Assembly (NCBI GenBank): GCA_973895155.1
Contig: OZ316893.1
Location: forward strand, 9,673,839-9,737,838
Direction: 5' to 3'
DNA length: 64,000 nucleotides
From: Marsupella aquatica
Lineage: Eukaryota; Plantae; Marchantiophyta
Shown here: piece by piece, positions 14,101-27,357 of the stretch
Position numbering within the stretch: position 1 is the first letter of the stretch
How the letters are laid out: each line of letters begins with the position of its first letter
The notes under the pieces: model-generated
Seen by the model: only the letters and a program-made list of their open reading frames with translations
Database searches by the model: none
Told to the model about the DNA's origin: nothing
Translations under genes and position numbers: made by a program

Positions 14101-14946
14101 CATTTTTTGAAGTTTGATGAAATAAAAAATAAAATCATCATGAATGCCATCATTTTAAAAGTCAGATATGACATACCATACTCTTTTCTATGCACATCCC
14201 TCTTCTTGTGCACATATGTTATGGTACTCTTTTTTATGCACATCCCTCTTCCTGTGCACATATGTTATGGTGGGGTCCTAGAGCTCCTTTCTATTACAAA
14301 CAAAAATCATGATAAAAATATGCATGATTATCATAGTTTTTCCATCCACATGATGAGCCATGTAGTTACAGGTTTCACTTTAGAAGCCTAGTCCCCAACT
14401 CTAGCCTAAAGTTGGTGCTTTATAAATAAGATATATTTTATGTTTTGTTTGTATGGTAGTGGTGTCCCAAGATTTATGCCAATGCACCAAGAACACAAAT
14501 GAGGCAGCTATTTTGCTTCACAAAAAGGTGAATCATGTTTGTCCTGGTTGATGATGATGTGGCATGTGAAGTGCAAGAGAATTTGCAAGGGACTTCTCAT
14601 AGGGGGTCTGTAATTGTAAATGTGTCACAAGGAATATTATTGTGACAATTTCTTGAAGATGTTTAGCCAACAAAGAAGCACTGGATAAGCTGCTTGGGTG
14701 TGAATCTACAGCCAGGTCTTAGGGATGGTGATTTTAAGAGCTCACAAATTTCAGTGAAGTGACCTTCTATTTTTGACAGCCTCACTTGGATGCAGCTTTC
14801 TATGCCAAAAACAAAAACAGCTGGACAATTTTATAAATTGTTATTAATGCTTATGGACAAGATTAAGAAATGGAATAAATTGAACAATCCTTCCCCAAGA
14901 AGGGCTTCCTAGAGCATAGCTCAAACCTGATTGCCTACTATACCTT

Positions 14947-16320
14947 TGATGAGTTTGGGAACATTGATGACTAATGTTCTTTGACGGTGACAGAGTCTAA
15001 CAATGTCTTTAAAACACTCAGCTGGATGGGAGTAAGCTGAAGGTGGCTAACATCAACCATTACTCTGGATGGATATTTTGTTTGGATTACCTCATTTGGA
15101 GCTTATTCTCGGATTTTTGCAGTCTTTTTGTGAAGAAACCTAGTTTCTGCACAGATTCTAAGTGTTTGACGTAGATTAAGAAGTTGCATCTTATCTTATT
15201 TTATTTTAATTGATAGGGATCTCATAAATCTCTGAAATCTTGGTAGAAGATTGAATAGATATAGAAAATCACCTTGGCAAAGTTTGAGCTTCATTGGACC
15301 AGCCGTTAAGGAGTTATGAATTTTCTAAAGTACCAAAACTTAATCTGTTACTTTCTGTCGATGCTTCACAAAGCGTCCAACAGTTTCAGGACGCCTCACG
15401 AAGCGTCCACCCCTGACATTGAGAAGACCTCGACGCTTTTGAAAGCGTCCGCAGCCCCAACTTAAGAGAAGACGCTGACGCTTCACAAAGCGTCCACCTT
15501 TTTCTTCCCGCACTTAGAAAATTTTAGGTTATGCTACATTTTCATCCAATAGCATTTTTGTCCGATTTCTTTGAAGTACTTAGACCACTCAGAAAAGTCT
15601 GAGATTTTACCTGCTTGTAGATTGAAGGTAGTACAAGCCACTGTAGAAAAATCATTATTTTGGGTGTTATTGATTAGGAATTAAAAATAGAGAAATCTAG
15701 TCAAATCTTATATTCTATCAGAAAAGTTTAATGACACTTAGCCATTTCAACACTTAGACTTAGTTTTTGTTGGAACTTAGTATTAGAATCATATTTTGTC
15801 AAGTTTTGTTAGTCTCAAAAGGGTACACCTTTCCATACCTCCTTTATGTTAGGCTTCCAAACCTATAAAGTCTTTTAGAGTTACTCCATGCAAGAGAGAA
15901 TCTTATTGAGTGTGTAATTTGTTGATTAATTCTCCTCCTTCCATTGTAACAAGACATTGAGAGTCAAGGTCTTGTATGGAAATAAAGCTTTGATTTTGAA
16001 GTATGATTAAATTCATGACACATTTGTGGTGATTGAGTTTAATAATTAACTTCTGAGATTCATATTGAATTCACTGCTAGGCTTGCTCGCTGTGATGAGA
16101 TTCGTTAGCCAATTTGAGGATGAATGTTGTTTGTGAGAGGCAAAATTCTCTTTTCAGAGTAATTAGTACCGATTACCATGCACTGGAATAAACTTTAGAA
16201 TTTGACTTAAGTCATGTATCATACTTAGTCGAATCATGTTGACGGCATCTTAAAGTTTATCGTTGCATTTGTAACCAAAAATTACCCTGGGTTTGGTGAG
16301 CAGAATTCCCACACTCAACA
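14947..16320. mobile_element. Probable solo LTR of a second retrotransposon family
   Basis: Starts TGATGAGTTTGGGAA and ends TTCCCACACTCAACA (TG...CA, 13/15 inverted match). Non-coding. The flanks (acctt / ttatt) do not form a clean TSD. Confidence 0.45.
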
Positions 16321-19300
16321 TTATTATAGGTTAAAGAGAAAGGTTGATTGAAGAATGATAGCAAGTTACCATTCTATACATGCTAAGACCAGAGTCCTTT
16401 CTTAAGGAGTGGCAATGTTTAAAATGCTAAACAAATCATCTCAGTTTAAGCTTATCCTCTCCTATAACTCAGAAGACCATTTGTGGTTGTTTTGATTAAT
16501 TTGTTTACTTCTGTTAGGAGTAGATGTGAATAATAGAGAGCAAGAGGCTCTAAAACTCTCAAAAAGATAAGAATGTTCAATTCAATCTAGTTCTATTCTT
16601 AAAGGGATCGAAACTCGAGTCTTTAAGTGAAAATAGACACTTTTGATTCTTCCATCTATACGACAATTACAGCAAAATTTCAATTGGGAAGCAATGGGAT
16701 ACAGTTCATGAGTACAAGACAATCCCAGCATAGGAGCCAGCATGCTTCAAAAATTGGATAGAAATCAGATGGAGAGCTTCATTTAGTGGGAGTAAGCTAA
16801 AACAAGACTTCCTACAAAATAGGATGAGGAAATAATCTTAGACGTAGCACCAAGAACTCAAATACATTTTTTCTGCATAAAGTGGTGAGTCAGCTTTGAC
16901 TGTGGTGTAGTGATAGCCATAACAATGCAAAAACTTAGATTACCATGCATACCTGTATCCCTTCAAAGAGCTACTGATTTTGTCAACACTCCTGCATTAT
17001 CCAAAGGTGCATGCTTTCAACACTTTTACGACAACAAAAAGATTAGAAAGTAATATCTAATCCACTTCAACCAGCGAACTGTCATTTGATCTAATGTCCC
17101 AAACTAGGGTACCCCTTACCCTAGAGTGCTTGGGCCTAACACTAATACTGTTGAAATGATCTGGGGTCCATTATTATGTAGAATGATTGTTGCATGGGTT
17201 TACTGTCCAAAACAAGAATGTCATAGAAGACAATAATAATAATTTGCAATCCACCATGATGACATGGACTCACAATTACAGTTTCATTCCGAAAAATTCC
17301 CAGAGAAGATGGATCATCTCCATAGAATCTTCACGTAATATGTGGAGGCAAGTATATTTTACTTTTGTCCTACCATAATGAAAAGAAAACTACAGTCCAT
17401 AAAGGAATGGGAAGAAAGAAAATAATAGAAGCAATTGCCCAAAACAAGGAACACTCCAGACCAAACTTCACTCCAACACGCCAAAAGTTTACAGTTGTAT
17501 GTGAACTAGTAGGTGAACTGGAGTTGCCATGTTTTCCGAGCAATTTCAGTTTCACAGGGCACTCAACCCTGAAGATATCACCTATGGTTAGCTCATAAAC
17601 TCATCCTGCATGCTGCTACTCGAACTTGGATGCTAACCAGAGTTTAGTTACTTTAAGGGCAACTATATTATTCCTAGGATGAGCTAAATGCCCATTCTTT
17701 CAATAATAATAGAAATAATGACAATCATGCATGATCATGATTTGGACATACATAATATCTTATCTTTCCTTTTATTCACATAAATTTTGGTGGGGCCCTA
17801 GAGTCATGGTCCAGAGGTTTCTCTCTAGAGCCTAGACCCCAATTTCAGCTCCTCATTACAATTAGTTATATAGATAGTTTTACATTAATCGCAATGTCCA
17901 TTTCTGCAACTTCCATGCCAACAAAGCCTATGAAACGTCTTAAACCACCACTAACCATGACACAACTTGAATTCACCATAAATAATACTATTTCCCCTGA
18001 AACCGATTGTGAGCCCTATTGTGAGCAAAATGGCACTGTAGAGGAGAGGAATGAGTGGAATGTGAAAAATGGAGAAATCTTTGACATTTCCCCTTTTTAC
18101 ATGGCTCATCTCAGCATATATAAGGTTTAAGTTTAGCACATAATGTCCTTGTGGCTTGCTTCCATTCGCAGAGAAGGGACACTCAACTCACAGGGCAGGA
18201 TGGGAAGGGTTGCCCCGACTACTCACCTATGGTTAGTTTCTAAACTCAATCTGTACAGATGCTTCAACTTGGGAAGGGGCACCCAATCAGGGGCAAGATG
18301 GGAAAGGTTGCGGCCCCAAATAATCACCTATGGTTAGTTTCTAAACTCACTCTGTACTGGTGGTCAAACCTTGGGTGCGGTCACAAGATCTTAGTTCCTT
18401 TAGGTAGAACTCTATTAGTGTGTCTCATAAATGAAATAAACTGGCACCTCACGGGTGGCCGACAAGGCAGTTGGGAGCACCGCAACAGGGTACAAACAAG
18501 CTGTGATGCCTAGCCAGGAATCATTAGGCCAGTTTAAATAGTAAAATCAGGAGTGTACCCTAGGAAACACCTTAGTATAGTAACAAAAACAGGGAAATAT
18601 AAACAATTAAGGGTGACTATGGAACCCGAGCCGAGGCCGAAAGTAAGGACGTCGGGGGAGGGAACACGATTAGGGTTAGGGCGCGCTAAGTATCGGCAGC
18701 TATAAGTAACCAACGGGAAGGAAGACCAGCCAAGGGGGGGGTTAAGGACCGAGCGCAAGGAATGGCGGCTCATTTGCAAGCACGAGCCAAGCGAACAACT
18801 ATGGGAGGCCAACTACTGTCCGCTGCTCAAGCAAGCACTCAGGGTGGAAGCAGATACCGGCAATCAACTCAAGAAGGGTATGAGCAACGTCAATCAAGCT
18901 GCTCATTTTTGGGGATGCCTGTTAGAACGGGCAACTGGGTACATTGGGACCTACGAGGACGAAGAATCGGAGAGAGCGGCTCGAGAACGGTAGGAGCTCG
19001 CTTGGCTGTGGGAAGTGCAGAAGTCTGCCTTCTTAGGAGGAGAACTCATTACGGCTGAATTCTTGTGGACGCCTATTGCCGACGAACTCGACGATCTTCT
19101 GTTTTGTGAGAATAGAATAGTCGGCATCCGGGAGGCCATCAACCGCTGCAACGACATACACTGGGAGTTGAAGGGTAGCACGGAGGGGTGGACAAAGGCA
19201 ACCATGCTAGGAGAAACATCCATGGCAGCCGCTATGAAGAGGAAAGGGAACAACAACGAAGAAGCCACCCCTGCAAAAAGAACGAGGTCGGCGGCACCCA

Positions 19301-21501
19301 GGAAACCAGTAGAGCAGGGAAGCAGGAGGCAGGCGGAAGCCGAAGAGGAGGAGATCGACCCCATCAATGTTGTTCCAACAAGAGATGACACCTGGAAAGG
19401 TTGGGCGGCGACCCTCCCCAAGGAGGTGCAATTACACTTTGCACGGGAAGAGGATGCATGCTTTACGGCTATGCAGACTCGGAAATACCAGGGCTTCATG
19501 GCCGGATCCGGCTTGGAAGCCTTTGTAAAGTTACCATGGCTGAAGCCAGAGGTGTCGGATTCAGACTTACTAGAATTCGTGGGATCATGGGAGCCCGAGA
19601 CCAATTCCACAAGGGTGTATGGGAAGGATTTCTATCTCACTCCCCGGGTGATTGCCGAAGTGTTTGGCTTGCCGATGGGCAATAAGACCAAAGTAGATAC
19701 CAGGAAGACCTTGCCAGACAAGGAGTTCCGGTCGTTTCCAAGGCCATCAACAAAGAATGGCTTCTTCCGAAATACTTGCACAAACCCGCACATAGGAGAA
19801 ATGATCGATTTCTTGCAGGTGACCATGCATTGTAACTTGCCAAGGGCAGAGATCGGCAAGGCACAGGTCTATCTGGCGGAGAGGCCAGACCCAACCCGAG
19901 ACTACAACGGGTACCTCCTCACCCAACTAAAGAAGATCTTGGAGGAGGAACAACTGGTGATCGGCATGGGAAGCATGTCCGGCTTGGTTATCATATGCCG
20001 CTGTTGTGCCGGTATGCCCAAAGTCAGACATTCGCCCCGATACTGCCCCTGCAGGCAAGAGCACCAGAGGAGGTTCCGGAACCAAGGCCGGCAACAGAGA
20101 AACCGACCCAGCCCAACAGTCCTACAATCGAGCAGGTGTTTAGGCCGAGGAAGGAGGACTTGCCGATGCAGCAACCAGGCATGTAGAATCTGCAAAATTG
20201 CTAGAGAAGGAAAGGAGAACGACAACGGCAATGGCAACGGGACCGGTACAAAATACTGCTCCCGAAGTCGGCCTTAGCCAACTTACCAGGGAAAACCCCT
20301 TTACCGGGGTCAAGGAGAGGAGGCCGAAACACGAGCCGAGAGTCCGAATGTATGTAGGAGCTTCAAGTCCCGAAGCCGAGGAAAAGCAGCCTGAAGCTCC
20401 TGGTCGCGACAGGGAGAAGATGAGATTAACGTGGAAGCCGGAGGAACCAGGACCCGTGATCTGTGAGGCCGTGTTCACGGCAAGACCAGGACAGCAGCGG
20501 AGGGAGCCGGCAGTCCAAGCCAAGGAGGAGGCGGTAGAAGGCTACGACAATGATGACTCCGACTACGGGTCGGACCATCATGTTCCAGGAATAAGGACCT
20601 ATGATAGGTTCATCCCCACGCTTCCAAGAGTAGTTCGAGGGGACCCGACCCAACAGAGCAGCCCCGAGTCTCCCCCACCAGATGTCGCTCCCCCGAGCTT
20701 TGATGGCATAAAACAGATGGCACAGGAGTTTCAAGAACGACTCAGGGAGGAAGAAGAGGCAGCCCTGGCTAGGGAGAAGGATTTACCAGGAGGAGAATGG
20801 CCAGAGGACATCAGGCGGCTTGCAGAAAAATGAAGCAGCCCGCCAGCCACGATAGAAGAAATTCGCAAGGCGGCTTGAGAACAAAGGCCGCGGTGGATGA
20901 TGCCGATGACTTCTACTCACTCCGCCTATGCTAAAGAACAAGCCATGGAGTACGGGGAGATGTGTGGGGAACTTGCGCTCAGCATCTTTGGGGAGGAGTT
21001 GGAGTAGGGACCCTTTTTCCAGAGGGAAATGTTGGAGAAGCGCCAATTAGAAGAAGCGGTGGCTTTGGAGAGAAGCAAGAAGGACGAGGTCATCCGTCGG
21101 CTTAGGGCAAGGGAAGCCGAGGTAGAAGACCTGAAGGCGGCCAAGAAAGCCCAAGATGAGCTACGGATTAAGCGGCATGAGCTCAACATCATGGGCAATT
21201 GGATACCGCGCAGTCTGATAATCAGATTATCAAGGATAAATTGACTCGGACCCAAGGTGAGCTGGCCGATTCGATCAAGGAGAAGGAGAAGTGGAAGCGA
21301 GAGTTGAGAGACGCAGAGGAGGCCCACATAGCAGCCAACAATCGGGCCATGGCGGAAACTTAGAGAAGGGAAAGGGCGCTGAAGGGGGAACTCGAGGATA
21401 TCCGTGGAGCCCTTGAGCAGAAGGAGGCCGAGTTAGGGAAATCCTATCAGGCGATTATCGTGCTGCGGGAGGAGCTCGCATCCATGACGGCCAGCTTCAA
21501 G

Positions 21502-24243
21502 CACTAGTAGAAACCGGGGAAATTTAGACCATACCTTATAGGACTATGCCCACTAAGTCCTTTTTCCATACTTAAAACGACTCGCACCCATTGCCCCGGT
21601 TTTGTTGATGACTAGAAAAGACTATGAGTGTTTTATGGTTCACTAAAAGACTATGAGAAGTAACCTTGCTACTTTGTGAAGGGTGAATAGTCTGTGGGTT
21701 ATCATGGGTAATGTTCACTTATGTTGAGGAGGGTAATTCTATAAAGAGGGTGATAGCAAGGGGCATATCTCATTAAATGGCCTTATTTGTGACCAAAAAG
21801 GTTTTGGGTTTAATGAAGTGGGGTTCATGGAGGGTGGACTACGGAGGGATCGATTACTAACTCCATCTATAAAAGGCCGAGATGCACAAAGGTAGATTTG
21901 TACCGGTCTCAAGGGGGTGTGGGTTTAGGGTTAGGGGGTTGTCCAGCAGAAGAACACTCGATTGAAATAGTGACGCAACAGTTTAGGGTAAAGAAACATG
22001 TTTAGGGACCCTAACTTGTTTGCTGCCTTGGGAGGATCTTGAGAGCTTGAGCTTGCAAGCGGCACTCTAAAAATGGCCCTTGGCATTGCAAAGATAGTCT
22101 GGCCACAATCGAGTTGTCAAGACGTTTAGGGGGTTTATATGTCAAGGCTAGGGGGTGGCTGGGTTTTCACTAAAGGGGGTTTAGGGGGGGTTTGATGTCA
22201 AGGGTTGGGGGTTGCATGTTAAGGGGATGGGGGTTTAGGGACCATTGGATCGTCGGCATCCATCCCCACCATCAAAACATTGCCCGTTCCCGCGTCCCGT
22301 TCCCCCTTCCCGTTGTTGGAATGGCATGTCGTCCCTTCCTTTGGTCCCGATCCTTTGGTTTCCCGATCCTTTGGTTGCCTGGTGCTAGGGACTTGCCTTT
22401 CTGCCTCAATGTTTCCTTGTGCTTTTGTTCCACTTTGAGGTCGTTTGAGTAGTCTATCGTTCACTGTCAGTGTTGTCGCTGCCCGCCCCGTTGCTGTGTG
22501 TTCGATTGAAGCTGCTTCAACAGAGGTGATCGCTCCTGCTACAGAAGGCATTGGCTTCGGAGCGAGCTGCGGTAAGGGAATCCCAAGGGGCCGGGGCTTC
22601 TACTTGCGCGACCGTTGGAGGGGAGCGAGTCAGAGCATCCGTTGGAGGGTCAACTCTGCATACACTTTGCACCTCCACACTCTGTCACACACTAATCTCG
22701 CCACATTTCTAACCCTTTGCACTTTATTGTGTTGTCTTTGTGGGCTTTCACGGGAATTCGCGGGCACTACTATATAGTGAGGTTTAGTGTTCCACCTTTC
22801 TTGTGGTCGGCGCTGCGGACTTAGAGACAAAGGATTTGGTTTAGGGTCACCGTCGTTGAGCTGAGCAATGTTACAACTCGAGCAACGACCAAGCTCGGCA
22901 GCGCTCTGGGATTTGTTGGCCACATTGACAAAGTCACGAGTCAGAGGTGAGTGTTTGTTCATAGTGTTTTGAAGGGTTTTACAGTCGCGGTCGGACAGGA
23001 ATGTTCTTCTCAGGAGGCGCTGAGTTTGACAGGTCCATGTAGTTGCACCACACGGCCCTCCTATTTTTCTTTTACTCCCACAGTGAGCTCCCGTATGAGC
23101 TCTTGTGTGAGCTTTGTTCAGCTGTGGTGGGTGCTGCGATGATTTCCGTTGAACTCAGTTGTGTTGTGCTGATTTTTGTCTAAGCAAGCTTGGGGGAGGG
23201 TTGCCAATTGGACGTTGGAGCTGCGCTTGTGATATTTTGGGGTTTGGGCAAAGGACGAAGGGCGAAGATCAAGCATTGTCGTTTTGCTAACGCTGCATGG
23301 TGGAAATTGGACCAGCCAACTCCTTGTCTACGGTGTTGTGGAGCTGGGCGAGCTGCGACAAGGGACCAAGCCAGGCGACCTGTGAATCAAAGCCCATCGA
23401 CCGATGCTGAAGGTTTGATGTTCTATATTTGAAGCTCTTGTTTGCTTTCTATTTGTCAGTCTTTCACAGCTGCGCATTAGTGTTGGCCCTATCCTCCGTC
23501 CCTCTGCTGGCCTGCTACTGACATTTGGTTAATCATAGTTGTTCACTACTGTGCATATATTAGTGTTGGCCCTATCCTTTGTCCCTCTGCTAGCCTGCTA
23601 CATCTGGTTAATCAGAATGCAATGTCTGTCTGAGTGAGCTGATCATCTCCAATGTAGTATGGGCTTGGGATTTACATATATGTTTCCTGCTTCCAGCAAA
23701 TAGGCAATTGCTTCCAAGCTCTTTGGTGCAGATGTCTCTATGGAATGCAATGCCCTGTATGCCAGAGCTTTCAATATTGGCATGTTCACATTTTCTCTTG
23801 GAATATATGATCCCGAAAGCTTCATGAGCAGTCGCATTCAGATTTTCCGGACATCCTCATAGCAAGTTGGTCGCGCTACTAGAAGTACTACCACTTTTAC
23901 TATACCTCCAATCTTAGTGCCTTTTACGAAATGCTTTCTCATTCTTCTACTTGACATGGCATCATCCTGATTGCTCGTCGTGCTATGACCAGCAATGGAA
24001 AGCATAGACGAGTCGCATTCAGATTCAGATTCTAATCCATACATTTTGTCTAAGGCTCTCACCCCACCACGCCTGCCTGCCTAATTCTCCAGCCGATTGC
24101 ATGGGGAGTAATCGCGAGTACAGCTCTCCAACGATTGCTCTTCTTTGTTGCTACTCTGGCTTTGCTGCTACATTGGTTGTTGATCTTCACCCACCCACTT
24201 GCCTACTCAAGGCACAATGCACAGAGTACAGCTCCGGGAGAAA
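21502..24243. mobile_element. Truncated CACTA-like insertion inside the old LTR
   Basis: The LTR ORF breaks after ...gccagcttcaag and resumes at gccgacctccgggag (24244). The insert starts CACTAGTAGAAA. No matching TAGTG right end. Confidence 0.55.
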
Positions 24244-24672
24244 GCCGACCTCCGGGAGAAAGACGACCAGCTTGATCAGACTTATGCCAAGATGAATAAA
24301 ATGGAGTCTGAAGTCGTTACGGAGCTCAACAAGGAGCTGAGAGCAACCCAGGAGGAGAGGGCTACCTTAAAGAAGGAATTGGAGGAAGCCCAGAAAGAGC
24401 GGGAGGAGGCGTGCAAGGACCTGGATGAATTGTAGGAGGAGTTGGAGGAAAGCACGCGGAAGATGGAGAACTTATAGGGGCGAGCCAACAACCAAACAGA
24501 GCGGTTGAAGAAACAGGTCGCAGTATTTAAATGCTTGGCTTCCTCAGGTCCAACTTCAATTGGGGCAACCAAGTTACCAGGAGTAGTACTGGCCGAAGGA
24601 CAAGCCGAGACACTCGCACCGGTGCCGGAGGTAAGTGGCAAGGGGAAGGGGAAGGGGCCAGCTGCTGAACCA

Positions 24673-24710
24673 AAGAAGAAGAAGAAGAAGAAGAAGAAGA
24701 AGAAGAAGAA
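24673..24710 (+). repeat. (AAG)n microsatellite, ~12 units
   Basis: Poly-Lys run in ORF 24505-25068. The young LTR copies have only KKK at this position. Confidence 0.9.
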
Positions 24711-25855
24711 GCGGAAACCTTATGGGTTAGGGAGTAATACGGCTCCTCAAGCCATCGTGACCAAGGAGGTAAACCCAGCACCAACCTCAGGCAGGGTCAC
24801 GATAGAGGATCCAACTGCCCTAGAAGGCAGGGATGGCAAAGCCGAGGCCAGGATACTTGGTGATGAAGCCAGGGTACCGGATCCACCACTAGAGCATGTC
24901 GGGGAGGCCGTGGCCGATGCTGAGGCCGAAGCCAAGGGTGGACCCAGTCAGGCCGATGGAGAGTTGACTCGGTCCGGAGCAGGTAATCTATCAGAGGACG
25001 GACCTACGGTAGTGGCTGCGGAGGAAGTGTTGGGGGCCTCCATTGTGGACCAGACACCGCTGCCATGACGGTGGTGGAGGGCCGCTCCTTTTAAGGAGGG
25101 CGGACGTGGAGGGAGGAGGCGTGAGTGGGCAGAGCGGGCTCAGATCTCCAAGTTTAGAATTAGGATTAGGACCAAGGGGCGGCCCTGACACTTAGCTTAG
25201 TGGGATTGCGGATCCACTGGTAAGAGCAACACTTGTGCTCCTGCTTCCCTGTACATAGGTAGATTATAGTTAGGTAGATTAGGCTTACGCTGCAAGGAAT
25301 TAGGTGGATCCACTACCAGGATAAGTACCTGGGCAGCGGGGAGTTCAGGGCCTTCTTCCTTAGCAAGTTTTTAGTGCACCAGCAGGGCTGGGATCAAGTA
25401 ATTAAAGAAGCTCTCGGTTAGTTATACTGTGACCCTTGTGTAAATTCATGTTTCCTCATACCTAAGAGATGAATAGAGTTGGCCTCACGGCTTAGTTCGC
25501 AAATCTTGTATATGAGAAGTACTGTTTGTATGGCAACTGCATGGTATAACTCAGTCAGAAGGAGTCATTTTGCTATTTGTGTGTCACATTAACCTGTTTG
25601 AAGATTGCCCACATCAACCAAGAAGGGAGTAAGCAAGGTAGTAAGAGTTGGATGTGTCGAGCTGAGAGAGGTCTTAGCGGCTTACCCAAGCCAGTTGGGG
25701 ATCATTCCGACGGCAAAATCCAAACATACCTAAAGGAAAACCAAGAGAGGAGGACAAGGGAAGGCCTAGAATAGGCCGGCTACGTATCTCATTACCCGAT
25801 GAAGGATCTATCCAGTACATGTGAGTAAAATGTTAATAGTAATAGTAGTAGGAAG

Positions 25856-26039
25856 TCATGAGAGCCTGTTGGGAGTATATCAAAGCGGATCTCTACGCAA
25901 TGGTGTGCGATTTCTGGAGGACTGGCAATCTGGCAAGCGACATTAAGGATGGAGTGATTCGATTCATCCCCAAGAAGACTGAGAAGCGGCATCTAGGAGA
26001 CTGGAGGGCGCTAACCATGTTGACGATCACATACAAACT
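25856..26039 (+). pseudogene. L1-clade LINE reverse transcriptase, 5' piece (5'-truncated LINE)
   Basis: CWEYIKADL...GVIRFIPKK...LGDWRALTMLTITYK matches the LINE RT N-terminal motifs (LIPK...RPISL..YK). Cut by the CACTA insertion. Confidence 0.9.
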
Positions 26040-26580
26040 CACTACAACACTATGCACCTCTTTTGCGAACCACCACCCTTCGCATCATACAAAGGAAATA
26101 AAATCCGAAATACCCAATTTGCGAACTTACTCGCATCGCAACGTCTTCGCTACTTCCCATCTCAAATTCTTCGCAAACGGCCCTTCGCAACTACTTTGCA
26201 ACTTGCGATTCTAAATACGTCGCAACATCTCCGCAACGTTGCGACGGCATTGTCCTTGCAAATATTGAGAAACGACAAATTTCATTATTTTGCGAGAACA
26301 AATGAATCGCTCGTGTTGCGATAACATTTACATCGCAATTTTCGATGTTAAATTTCTCTATAACTTGCGATGCAAACAAACTCGTAAGATTGCGAAGAGC
26401 GGATGACCGCTTTGTTGCAAAGGCATTTAACTCAAAAATGTGTGGAGAGGTAGTCTTCGCTAGGGTTGTGATTTAGACAACATCGCAAGTGTTGCAATTC
26501 GTTTCTCCTCGGAAGTTTTGCAATACGTTCACCGTGGCTCTTTGAGATGGGGGTTGGTTCTCAAAAGCTTCGCAAAATGT
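26040..26580. repeat. CACTA left subterminal repeats (TTGCGA/TCGCAA motifs in both orientations)
   Basis: Dense ttgcga/tcgcaa occurrences, mirrored at ~62090-62637. Confidence 0.85.
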
Positions 26581-26803
26581 ATATTTCATGGGTTTTTGTG
26601 TATTTGGGTTAGGGTGAGGGTGAGGGAGACCATTCATGGGTTTTGAAGGAGGGAGGAAAGTGATGTTGACCGAGTCTGCCGCAATTAAAATGGCATTACT
26701 GAAAAAGTACAAAAGTTACAAAATGGAAGGGTAAAGGGCCACGGCCATGCATGCTGATTGCTATACATGTGAACTAGATGTAAGTGCTCTAGCTACAACC
26801 TGT

Positions 26804-27357
26804 CTACATCGAGCTAGAAAGGAGTGTTCCTGCCCCTCCTTGCCTTCTTCCCCTTGGCCTTCTCCTTGCCCTTGTGTGCTCTTGGGGGGGTGCAACCTGG
26901 ACTTCCTCCTCCTCTTGGTCACCCTCCTCCTCATCCTCATCCTCATCCTCATCCCCACCTCCACCGCCCTGGCTTGCCGCGCTACCACCCCCAGCACCAC
27001 TGGAACGTGCTGATGCAAATGACTGGTCTCCAGTGCTAGTTGGCCTGGCTTGAGTAGCAGGAGCTGTGCTCCCCTCCCCTGTCCCCTCCACATCCTCATC
27101 ACTACTATCGGTGCCACCCTCGGTATGGGAGTCACCATCCTCCCCTCCCTGCTTCCATTAGCAAACCAGGGTGTCTGTTAGTCTCATATTCTTTACAAGT
27201 GTGAACAAAAGAGATATTCATTCAAAATTGCAATGAATGTAATAACCTAAAAATTCTCACCAATAATTCATCAACTTGCTGAAAGAGATGCTCCTTCCCA
27301 TGTTTCTGGCCCACCTCCATCTCAGCCGCCGTAATCTTCCTCTTGTACCTCTTGTAC
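26804..27357 (-). pseudogene. CACTA second gene (TnpA-like), downstream exons
   Basis: Short exon tag|YKRYKRKITAAEMEVGQKHGKEHLFQQVDELL|gtgaga (~27357-27262), then a Gly/acidic-rich last exon (ORF 26804-27091). It lies on the far side of the MULE insertion from exon 1. Confidence 0.5.

Larger units (their letters stand above)
18580..25068 (+). pseudogene. Disrupted copy of the LTR-encoded 1212-aa PMD-like/coiled-coil ORF
   Basis: ORF pieces 19015-20277, 20198-20833, 21029-21244, 24199-24435 and 24505-25068 align by eye to the 1212-aa protein. Multiple stops and frameshifts, plus a 2.7-kb insertion. Confidence 0.9.
18502..25855 (+). mobile_element. Old, diverged LTR (solo or 5' LTR) of the same Ty3/Gypsy family as 33895-49348, in opposite orientation
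   Basis: Begins exactly with the LTR terminus TGTGATGCCTAG and is collinear with the young LTRs up to ...tgttaatagtaatagtagtagg. It then switches to LINE sequence ~120 bp before the expected LTR end. No PPT upstream. Confidence 0.9.

Noticed and set aside
21920-22240. Telomere-like gggtttaggg tracts (also near 55910-55930)
   Set aside because: Scattered, degenerate telobox-like or G-rich motifs inside transposon arms, not a tandem telomeric array.
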